This document shows, in pieces, positions 39,080 to 49,906 of a stretch of DNA of 64,000 nucleotides (position 1 is its first letter; each line of letters begins with the position of its first letter). This DNA is from Eledone cirrhosa. Its lineage: Eukaryota. Location: positions 9,610,001 to 9,674,000 of the forward strand of contig OZ024763.1 in the NCBI GenBank assembly GCA_964016885.1. Reading direction: 5' to 3'. A program made the position numbers and the translations under genes. Under the pieces are notes generated by a model that saw only the letters and a program-made list of their open reading frames with translations, made no database searches and was not told the DNA's origin.

Positions 39080-41060
39080 GTTGTGGTGGCGGTGACGGTG
39101 ATGATGATAATGCATCTTTTACTCCTTTTTCAAGTTTATATTGTTGTTGATCTTCTTCTTCTTCGTTCATTCCCCTTTCTTTTTTCACTTTTTCTTTCTC
39201 CTCATACATTTCTTCTTCTGCTTCTTTTTCTTTTTCGTTCATTCCCCTTTTTTCTTTCTCCTCGTGCATTTCTTCTTCTTCTGCTTCTTCGTTAATTCCC
39301 CTTTCTTCTTTCACTTTTTCTTTCTCCTCATGCATTTCTTCTTCTTCTTCGTTCATTCCCCTTTCTTCTTTCACTTTTTCTTTCTCCTCGTGCATTTCTT
39401 CTTCTTCTGCTGCTTCTTCTTCTTCGTTCATTCCCCTTTCTTTTTTCACTTTTTCTTTCTCCTCGTGCATTTCTTCTTCTTCTTCGTTCATTCCCCTTTC
39501 TTCTTTCACTTTTTCTTTCTCCTCGTGCATTTCTTCTTCTTCTTCGTTCATTCCCCTTTCTTCTTTCACTTTTTCTTTCTCCTCGTGCATTTCTTCTTCT
39601 TCTTCTTCTTCGTTCATTCCCCTTTCTTCTTTCACTTTTTCTTTCTCCTCGTGCATTTCTTCTTCTTCTTCGTTCATTCCCCTTTCTTCTTTCACTTTTT
39701 CTTTCTCCTCGTGCATTTCTTCTTCTTCTTCGTTCATTCCCCTTTCTTCTTTCATTTTTTCTTTCTCCTCGTGCATTTCTTCTTCTTCTTCTTCGTTCAT
39801 TCCCCTTTCTTCTTTCACTTTTTCTTTCTCCTCGTGCATTTCTTCTTCTTCTTCTTCGTTCATTCCCCTTTCTTCTTTCACTTTTTCTTTCTCCTCGTGC
39901 ATTTCTGCTTCTTCTTCTTCTTCTTCGTTCATTCCCCTTTCTTCTTTCACTTTTTCTTTCTCCTCGTGCATTTCTTCTTCTTCTGCTTCTTTTTCTTCTT
40001 CGTTCATTCCCCTTTCTTCTTTCACTTTTTCTTTCTCCTCGTGCATTTCTTCTTCTTCTTCGTTCATTCCCCTTTCTTCTTTCACTTTTTCTTTCTCCTC
40101 GTGCATTTCTTCTTCTTCTTCGTTCATTCCCCTTTCTTCTTTCATTTTTTCTTTCTCCTCGTGCATTTCTTCTTCTTCTTCTTCGTTCATTCCCCTTTCT
40201 TCTTTCACTTTTTCTTTCTCCTCGTGCATTTCTTCTTCTTCTTCGTTCATTCCCCTTTCTTCTTTCACTTTTTCTTTCTCCTCGTGCATTTCTTCTTCTT
40301 CTTCTTCGTTCATTCCCCTTTCTTCTTTCACTTTTTCTTTCTCCTCGTGCATTTCTTCTTCTTCTTCTGCTTCTTTTTCTTCTTCGTTCATTCCCCTTTC
40401 TTCTTTCACTTTTTCTTTCTCCTCGTGCATTTCTTCTTCTTCTTCTTCTTCTTCTTCTTCTACCTCGATCAATTCTTCTATCTCTCCTCCCTCTTCACCT
40501 CCTTCCATTCTACATGTTTCCAATATTTCTCCCTCAGCTTCTCTAGCCACCCTTTCCTCCTCCTTTTCTTCTTCCATGTATTCGATGTCTGTGGGTTCGA
40601 TTAAACCATCAGTCCCCTCCAGGGGCTCCCCTCTAATGTTCATGGTTCTCCTTCCAGACTTTCCTTCATCATCATCATCATCATCATCAATAACTTCTTC
40701 CAAATATTTGATTGCTGTGTCTTCCACCTCCTCCTCTTCTTCTTCTTCTTCTCCTCCTCCTTCCATTCCTTTCCCTGTCACACTGGCTCCACCACCACCA
40801 CCAGTGCTGCAGTCGCTGTCACCTCTGCCACCACCACCCTCTCCATGGCTCACAGCTGCTGGTGGTGGTGGTAGTGGCCTGTGGAAGATCAACTGGGGTC
40901 CTTCCTCCAGGCTAGAGACACTTGTGAATGTTATGGGGTTGTACTCCTCTGGCACCATTTTGACAGTGGTGGTGGTATCACCATTCCCACCACCACCACA
41001 TGTGGCACCACCACCTGTGGCACCACCACCATCAGCTACGCTTTTATCGTCTGGATTCAT
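37395..41060 (-). CDS. First coding exon (~1222 codons) of an unidentified Glu-rich, largely disordered protein
   Basis: 3.7-kb stop-free frame with >500 non-repetitive codons; in-frame TGA two codons upstream of the ATG; repeat length variation is all in multiples of 3; phase-0 donor AAG|GTAAGC at 37395/37394. Confidence 0.8.
39150..40460 (-). repeat. Coding minisatellite, ~20 copies of E(5-7)MHEEKEKVKEERGMN (~60-63 nt)
   Basis: Visible in both DNA and translation. Confidence 0.95.
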
Positions 41061-41194
41061 TGGTCATTCATTTACTGGTGGCGTTTTTGATTGGTTATTG
41101 TTAATTTTTTCCAAGAGACATGGGGGGGAGGGAGATTCCAGCAATTTTTTAGTCAGAATTCTTCTTGTATGGCTTCTCCGATGTTACTCTGCTG

Positions 41195-41765
41195 ACCACT
41201 GGTTACAATATTCAACACTATTAATTCTGATCACTGGTTACAATATTGATTCCTGGTCATTGGTTTCAATAATGATCCTGGTCACTGGCTACAATATTGA
41301 TCCTGGTTACTAGTTACAATATTGATCTTAGCTCCTGCTACAAGCTACAATATTGACCCTGGCTCCTGGTCACTGGCTACAACATTGATCTTTGTTTTTG
41401 TTTTTTTTTGCTCCCAGCCCTTATCTTGCTGTAATCCAGACCTCCTGGTCCTTGCCACTGGCTAGAATATTGATCCTGGCTACAAGCTACAATACTGACC
41501 CTTGCTCCTGGTCACTGGCTACAATACTGACCCTTGAACCTGGTCACTGGTTACAATACTGACCCTTGAACCTGGTCACTGGTTACAATATTGATCCTTG
41601 GTTCTTGCTTGCTCCAAACCCTTGTTTTGCTGTAATCTAGACCTCCTGGGCCCTGCTCACTGGTTACAATATTGAACCTGGTCACTGATTACTAATTGAT
41701 CCTGGCCACTGATTTCAATAATGAACCTAGTCCTGGCCACTGGTTACAATACGGAACATTGATTG
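41195..41765. repeat. Degenerate ~25-30 bp tandem repeat (CCTGGTCACTGGTTACAATATTGA) upstream of the ATG
   Basis: About 15 imperfect units with a longer second-order duplication (41410-41480 vs 41611-41685). Confidence 0.85.
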
Positions 41766-41989
41766 TTGCTGTAAGCCCTTGTCAGATCTATCCCCTCTGG
41801 GGTTTAAAGATGGTCTTGGCTTTCAGTTGTAAGTTCCTAGTTTTTTTATGTGGCTTTCATCCTTGCCCTCACATCAGGCCCCAATCACACATTCCTGGCC
41901 TCAAAAGGGTTCAGTAAATAAAGTTGTTGTTAGAGCTACTGATGTTAGGCGGTGTTGTTAGTTGGTGTCTGTGACAATGTTGTTGTTGT

Positions 41990-42400
41990 GGAGATGGTAG
42001 TGGCACTGTTGTTGTTGTACTGTTGTGCTGCTGTTGCTGTTGTACTGTTGTTGTTGTACTGTTGTTGCTGTGGTACTGTTGTTGTTGTACTGTTATTGTT
42101 GTGCTGTTGTTGTTGTACTGTTGTTGTTACTGTTGCTGTTGTACTGTTGTTGCTGTTGTTGTTACTGTTGCACTGTTGTTCTTGTTGTTGCTGTTGTACT
42201 GTTGTTGCTGCTGTTGTAGTTGTTGCTGTTGTACTGTTGTTGCTGCTGTTGTACTGTTGTTGCTGTTGTTGTACTGTTGTTGCTGCTGTTGCTGTTGTAC
42301 TGTTGTTGATGCTGCTTTGCTGTTTCTGTTGTACTGTTGTTGATGCTGCTTTGCTGTTGGTGTTGTACTGTTGCTGTTGTGCTGTTGTTGCTGTTGGTGA
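41990..42400. repeat. (GTT)-based cryptic repeat punctuated by GTACT/GCT
   Basis: Direct inspection. Confidence 0.9.
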
Positions 42401-43284
42401 TGCTAGTGTTTATAGGTGGCAGTGTTTATTGTTATTCAATGCTGCTTGCTGCTGTTGCTGCTGTTGTTATCGACGACATTGAAAACAAAATCCTGCTGCA
42501 GTTGCTGTTGGTGATGGCATTGTTTAATCCTGTGGGTGTGGATGGCGGAGAGGGGAGGCGGGGAGACGACATAGTTATTGTTGTTGTTGTTGTTGTTAAT
42601 AGCATTGTTATTACTGTCGTTGTTATTGTTGTTGCTGCTATTGTTGATGTTGCTGCTGATGTTGACAACGTTGTTATTATTAGTGGTGCTGTTGTTGATA
42701 TTAAGGGCACCGCTGCTGCAGTTACTGTTGTTAGTGCCGGTAGAGGAGGTATCAAGGTATCATCCTACCCCTTTCTTCCCCTACCACTAATACCCCAACC
42801 AACAACTCCTACCGCCACACCCACCACACCCATTTACAAATGTTTATCCTTCTTTCTCTCCCTCCTCCCATTACTCACCATCGCTGTTGTTGCCAACACA
42901 TTAAAATAAAAAAAAAAAAAGAATAGTTAACCCAAACAAACTTTATCTCACCCTCCTCCTACTTCTACCCCGTCTCCATCACACTACCTCTAATTTTTAT
43001 ATGTTAATGTCTTTATCTACTCCCCTTCTTAATCTTCCACTATTTCTTTTTAATCCTTAGCCTCTCCCCCTTCCTCAAAACTCCCTCGGTCTCTGTATGT
43101 TTCCTCTCTCTCTCCGACCCTCCTTCTTATAACTTTCTTTCTTCCTTAGCCTCTCCCCCATCTCTTCTTTCGTTTCCCCTTCCTCTTCTTACTCTCTCAC
43201 ACCACCTCTCCCTACCCCTCTTCTTATTTCTTAGTCTTTCTTTTCACCTGTTATAGCTCTGTTTGTTTTTTTCGTTTTAAAATA

Positions 43285-43540
43285 ATAATGTTTCTACTTT
43301 TGGCACAAGGCCAGCAATTACCCCAGTACATTACTGGTACTTTATTTAAAATAATAATTGTTTCTACTTTAGGCACAAGGCCAGCAATTACCCAGTGCAT
43401 TACTGGTACTTTATTTTATCGACCCCGTAAGGATGAAAGGCAAAGTCAACCTCGGCGGGATTTGAACTCAGATCATAAAGGGACGTAACTATGCTGGAAA
43501 GCATGGCGTCCGACCCTCTACCGATACTGCCAATCCACTA
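43285..43540 (-). mobile_element. SINE family B with tandemly duplicated 3' tail
   Basis: TGTTTCTACTTT.GGCACAAGGCCAGCAATTACCC occurs twice (43289, 43359). Confidence 0.85.
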
Positions 43541-43590
43541 AAATAATAATAATGAAAATTATTGTGTTCAGTGCTCAGGTGCACCACAAG

Positions 43591-43640
43591 AAAAAAATAT
43601 GGAACACTTTACGGATTTGCGTGTTACCCTTGTGCAAGGG
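43591..43640 (-). pseudogene. U6: U6 snRNA 3'-half pseudogene fragment fused to a retroposon tail
   Basis: Minus strand CCCTTGCACAAGGGTAACACGCAAATCCGTAAAGTGTTCCATATTTTTTT vs U6 CCCTGCGCAAGGATGACACGCAAATTCGTGAAGCGTTCCATATTTTT. Confidence 0.85.
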
Positions 43641-44092
43641 TTCACTCTTCTTATTTATTTGTCGTTCTCCTCAACCGCTCACATGACCTTCCCTCTGTCT
43701 CTCTTTCGTTTCCACTTCTCTCTTTTCTTAGCTTCCCACCTCAACTCTGTATTTCCTCCTCCTCCTGTTGATGTCGACGTCGTCATCGTTAATCTATCGT
43801 CTGCTTCATTCTCCCGCCACGGTTTCACTCATTGCCACCCACCAATCCTGCTCACTGTAGTGAAAACATGTTCTTTCTCCTTTTCTTCTTGTCTTCCTTC
43901 GTCTTTCTTTCTATTCGTTCTCTCTCATCTTCATATACTTAATCAATTAAACAATGATATTTCGTATTTTTTACTCTGTATATTCTGTATATATCCGTGT
44001 TTGTGTGAACTTGTATCCGTGGTGATATTCTTGTTTTTCTATCGCTGCATGTATGTAGACGTGGGTGTGTATACATACATACATACATACAT

Positions 44093-44700
44093 ACGGTGGC
44101 TGCCAACTCGTTTTCGAGTACAGCCACTACTTTATATCCATGTAGCAGAACCCTTACCGATGCGCTGAACGAGTGTGACTTTTTAGTCCAGCCAGCGACT
44201 TGAAAACTCTGGTACAAACACTACACTTGTGACAATTATTGACACATAGTGCTGGGCCCATGGTACCATGTGACGACAAGTGCAGAGAGATCTCCAGATA
44301 TAAAGCAATGCCTGTGCCGTGAAGCTTTTATAGTGAGCAAAGGCACTGCACAAATCCAGTCCCACTCTCTTAACCAAGATGATATTTACCAAAAAGAAGA
44401 ACAAGTCAACATCATTGGATACCATTAGGGTTGCAGGTGTTATATCAGTTTTCCTTCTCCTAGAATTCTGCCTTGACAAAGGCTAAGGGGTCATCTCTCC
44501 CAGTGATTTTGGATGGCCATTGACTCTTAAGAGCTCCTTTGTCCTTTGACAGGTTTTGTTTTTAGTCCTGCAGGATGTCCAAAGTCACCCTCCTCACCAA
44601 GAAACCTTGGTGGGGTTGCCAGTTTAGTCGCCAACGACCCGACCATGAGACAGGTTGTACTAGGATACATGTTACCAGTAGCACCAACTGGTGACCTGAC
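44093..44700 (-). mobile_element. ~610-bp non-coding retroelement embedded in (TACA)n with a structured 5' head
   Basis: Both ends abut (TACA)n; related fragment at 2643-2915; HDV-like elements at the 5' end. Confidence 0.6.
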
Positions 44701-44784
44701 ATATACATACATACATATATACATACATACATACATACATACATTATATGTATGTATGTATGTATATATGTATGTATGTATGAG

Positions 44785-45003
44785 ACAGATGGCACTAAGG
44801 AATACTGGTGGAACCTGAAAATAAAAACTTCCACCAAATTAAAGCATAACCGGCCTGATTTTGTTGTTTGGGACCACACATTGAAAACGTGCTCTGTTGT
44901 GGAGATCAGCTGCCCACTTGATGTAAACGTTGTCAGAAAAATACAGGAGAAGGAGGACATCTATGGACCATTGATGAGGGGTTTGCAAATACAGTATCCT
45001 TCG
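44785..45003 (+). mobile_element. Restriction-like endonuclease fragment of an R2/R4-group LINE
   Basis: WWNLKI..HNRPDFVVWD..VVEISCP..EKEDIY. Confidence 0.85.
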
Positions 45004-45160
45004 TGAACCCGTGATTCTTAGCAGCCTCTCGTCGCTCGGGTTGCACTCCGCCGTCATGGAGTAGCCCGATTGACGCGCATGGTACTGAGGCCCTTTTCTT
45101 CGTGCTGTTTTAGCCAAAAGATGACACCATCCCACTGGCTGGGCGGGCAGGCCGGTACCT

Positions 45161-45313
45161 CTTCAGTTTAGCTAGCTTTTGAACTCTAGCAGATGACGAA
45201 TCATCTCTAGGACCAATAGTCTAATACCTGTGTACCTGCCAGGACATTGAGTCCCGCTACCATAGTTATCAGACAGCCAGGGTCAACGCTGCGCCACTTT
45301 TGAGGCACTGAAG
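45161..45313 (-). ncRNA. HDV-like ribozyme lacking the 5' strand of P1 (5'-truncated LINE 5' UTR)
   Basis: P2 CTTCAGT/ACTGAAG; P3 GCC/GGC; L3 TCAAAAGT; P1' GCAGCGT; P1.1 CA/TG; P4 CTGGC/GCTAG; J4/2 C-TAA. Confidence 0.72.
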
Positions 45314-45550
45314 TAGGATTTTGTAGAGGATATATATATATATACATAAATATATATATATATAAGTATGTATACGTACATACATATATGTATACAGACG
45401 TACAGTAGTATGTATATATATACATACATGCACACATATATATATATATGTATGTATGGGTTTTTTGTAAATGTTCGGTTTTTTGCAAATGTTCGGTTTG
45501 TTTGTAAACAAACAGCCCGAATTAAGCTGTACAGTGTTCGGCAACCATCG

Positions 45551-45574
<24 letters not shown>

Positions 45575-45586
<12 letters not shown>

Positions 45587-46200
45587 CATGGAGAATAGGA
45601 TTGGCTGTGTAGTTGCTATTTAAAGTAGCTTAAAATAAGAAGAAAGCAAGAACGGGGGAGGGGGTAGGGGGGTTCCTCATCAATTGTCTACTGGGGGTCA
45701 GATATTTCTACGCTTTAAAGACAAGATATCTACCCCAGAGCGTCAATAACTGGGTAAGTTATTGGGAAAACGGAGAAGAGAGGGAAGGAAAATAGAAGGG
45801 AAAAAGGAAGAAAAGAGAAAACAGCGCAAGATTCAAAAACAAACAAACTAAGCAATGTGCGAGCAACTTAAGAAAATCCAAGACCACAGCGATTATAGTT
45901 GTAAGGTTGCAAGATGTTCACGCAGAGCAGAGTATAATATTATAAAGAACGAGGATTCAGCGTTGCATCATATCATATTTATAAACACATTACATATGTT
46001 TCTCTATCGATCAGCTCGAGGCTAGATCTATTACAGACCGAACCTGACTCTGTAATTGAAAGTTCTTCAGATATGTTTAGTATATAAGATGGTCCCTGAT
46101 TCTGTTTGTTCACTTCAGCTATCATTTATCTACAGCACATATTAGATTCCTGTTATTTCGGCCTTTTCATTGGTTCAATTATCCCATCATCATCATCATT
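45575..46200 (-). mobile_element. Probable Penelope-like pseudo-LTR
   Basis: Contains a hammerhead; the 3' part is shared with 13840-14110; ends in (TA)n. Confidence 0.65.
45982..46079 (-). ncRNA. Type I hammerhead ribozyme with branched stem II
   Basis: Minus strand: TAAACATAT-CTGAAGA-[stem II with two sub-hairpins]-GAAA-CATATG-TA-ATGTGTTTA. Confidence 0.8.
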
Positions 46201-46255
46201 CTATCCTCTGGGAGTCGTATGACCATCCCCCGGTCAAGCTGCCGTTGGCCTTCAT

Positions 46256-49200
46256 GCGTCACTCGCTACTACATAGCTGTCACTCACTACTACACACCTG
46301 TCACTCACTACTACACACCTGTCACTCACTACTACATAGCTGTCACTCACTACTACACACCTGTCACACACTACTACACACCTGTCACTCACTACTACAT
46401 AGCTGTCACTCACTACTACATAGCTGTCACTCACTACTACACACCTGTCACTCACTACTACACACCTGTCACTCACTACTACATAGCTGTCACTCACTAC
46501 TACATAGCTGTCACTCACTACTACATAGCTGTCACTCACTACTACATAGCTGTCACTCACTACTACATAGCTGTCACTCACTACTACACACCTGTCACTC
46601 ACTACTACATAGCTGTCACTCACTACTACATACCTGTCACTCACTACTACACACCTGTCACTCACTACTACACACCTGTCACTCACTACTACATAGCTGT
46701 CACTCACTACTACATAGCTGTCACTCACTACTACATACCTGTCACTCACTACTACATACCTGTCACTCACTACTACACACCTGTCACTCACTACTACACA
46801 CCTGTCACTCACTACTACATAGCTGTCACTCACTACTACATAGCTGTCACTCACTACTACATAGCTGTCACTCACTACTACACACCTGTCACTCACTACT
46901 ACATAGCTGTCACTCACTACTACATACCTGTCACTCACTACTACACACCTGTCACTCACTACTACACACCTGTCACTCACTACTACATAGCTGTCACTCA
47001 CTACTACACACCTGTCACTCACTACTACATACCTGTCACTCGCTACTACATAGCTGTCACTCACTACTACACACCTGTCACTCACTACTACACACCTGTC
47101 ACTCACTACTACATACCTGTCACTCACTACTACATAGCTGTCACTCACTACTACATAGCTGTCACTCACTACTACATAGCTGTCACTCACTACTACATAG
47201 CTGTCACTCACTACTACATAGCTGTCACTCACTACTACACACCTGTCACTCACTACTACATAGCTGTCACTCACTACTACATAGCTGTCACTCACTACTA
47301 CACACCTGTCACTCACTACTACATAGCTGTCACTCACTACTACATACCTGTCACTCACTACTACACACCTGTCACTCACTACTACACACCTGTCACTCAC
47401 TACTACATAGCTGTCACTCACTACTACACACCTGTCACTCACTACTACATACCTGTCACTCGCTACTACATAGCTGTCACTCACTACTACACACCTGTCA
47501 CTCACTACTACACACCTGTCACTCACTACTACATACCTGTCACTCACTACTACATAGCTGTCACTCACTACTACATAGCTGTCACTCACTACTACATAGC
47601 TGTCACTCACTACTACACACCTGTCACTCACTACTACATAGCTGTCACTCACTACTACACACCTGTCACTCACTACTACATACCTGTCACTCACTACTAC
47701 ATAGCTGTCACTCACTACTACACACCTGTCACTCACTACTACACACCTGTCACTCACTACTACACACCTGTCACTCACTACTACATAGCTGTCACTCACT
47801 ACTACACACCTGTCACTCACTACTACATAGCTGTCACTCACTACTACATAGCTGTCACTCACTACTACATAGCTGTCACTCACTACTACACACCTGTCAC
47901 TCACTACTACATAGCTGTCACTCACTACTAGATAGCTGTCACTCACTACTACACACCTGTCACTCACTACTACACACCTGTCACTCACTACTACACACCT
48001 GTCACTCACTACTACACACCTGTCACTCACTACTACACACCTGTCACTCACTACTACATAGCTGTCACTCACTACTACACACCTGTCACTCACTACTACA
48101 TACCTGTCACTCGCTACTACATAGCTGTCACTCACTACTACACACCTATCACTCACTACTACATAGCTGTCACTCACTACTACACAGCTGTCACTCACTA
48201 CTACACACCTGTCACTCACTACTACATACCTGTCACTCACTACTACATAGCTGTCACTCACTACTACATAGCTGTCACTCACTACTACACACCTGTCACT
48301 CACTACTACATAGCTGTCACTCACTACTACATACCTGTCACTCACTACTACACACCTGTCACTCACTACTACACACCTGTCACTCACTACTACATAGCTG
48401 TCACTCACTACTAGATAGCTGTCACTCACTACTACACACCTGTCACTCACTACTACACACCTGTCACTCACTACTACACACCTGTCACTCACTACTACAC
48501 ACCTGTCACTCACTACTACACACCTGTCACTCACTACTACACACCTGTCACTCACTACTACATAGCTGTCACTCACTACTACATACCTGTCACTCACTAC
48601 TACACACCTGTCACTCACTACTACACACCTGTCACTCACTACTACACACCTGTCACTCACTACTACATAGCTGTCACTCACTACTACATACCTGTCACTC
48701 ACTACTACATACCTGTCACTCACTACTACATAGCTGTCACTCACTACTACATAGCTGTCACTCACTACTACACACCTGTCACTCACTACTACACACCTGT
48801 CACTCACTACTACATAGCTGTCACTCACTACTACATAGCTGTCACTCACTACTACATAGCTGTCACTCACTACTACATACCTGTCACTCACTACTACACA
48901 CCTGTCACTCACTACTACACACCTGTCACTCACTACTACATAGCTGTCACTCACTACTACATAGCTGTCACTCACTACTACATAGCTGTCACTCACTACT
49001 ACATAGCTGTCACTCACTACTACATAGCTGTCACTCACTACTACATACCTGTCACTCACTACTACATAGCTGTCACTCACTACTACACACCTGTCACTCA
49101 CTACTACATAGCTGTCACTCACTACTACATACCTGTCACTCACTACTACATAGCTGTCACTCACTACTACATAGCTGTCACTCACTACTACATAGCTGTC

Positions 49201-49740
49201 ACTCACTACTACACACCTGTCACTCACTACTACACACCTGTCACTCACTACTACATAGCTGTCACTCACTACTACACACCTGTCACTCACTACTACATAG
49301 CTGTCACTCACTACTACATAGCTGTCACTCACTACTACACACCTGTCACTCACTACTACATAGCTGTCACTCACTACTACACACCTGTCACTCACTACTA
49401 CACACCTGTCACTCACTACTACATAGCTGTCACTCACTACTACATACCTGTCACTCACTACTACACACCTGTCACTCACTACTACATAGCTGTCACTCAC
49501 TACTACACACCTGTCACTCACTACTACATAGCTGTCACTCACTACTACACACCTGTCACTCACTACTACACACCTGTCACTCACTACTACACACCTGTCA
49601 CTCACTACTACATAGCTGTCACTCACTACTACACACCTGTCACTCACTACTACATAGCTGTCACTCACTACTACACACCTGTCACTCACTACTACACACC
49701 TGTCACTCACTACTACATAGCTGTCACTCACTACTACATA
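46256..49740. repeat. 21-bp minisatellite, ~165 copies (CTGTCACTCACTACTACA + TAG/CAC/TAC)
   Basis: Exact 21-bp period maintained across ~3.5 kb. Confidence 0.99.
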
Positions 49741-49906
49741 AATAAATAAATACGTATATAACAAGCGCACACACATACCTACATGTAGATACACAAATGT
49801 TCGGAGATGTACGTCAACCAAAACACAAAGTACACATATACACACACCCTACATATGTACGAACCCACATACTCACACAGACGCAAAACTCACGTATACA
49901 CATAAC

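Noticed and set aside
39141-40604. 487-aa Phe-rich plus-strand ORF
   Set aside because: Antisense shadow of the Glu-rich exon.
46256-49740. CRISPR-like array
   Set aside because: Units are contiguous with only 3 variable bases, no unique spacers, no cas genes, and the context is eukaryotic.
46170-49845. ~1190-aa ORFs on both strands (HSCHSLL / VVVSDRC repeats)
   Set aside because: A stop-free 21-bp unit is open in several frames automatically; no unique coding flanks or splice signals.
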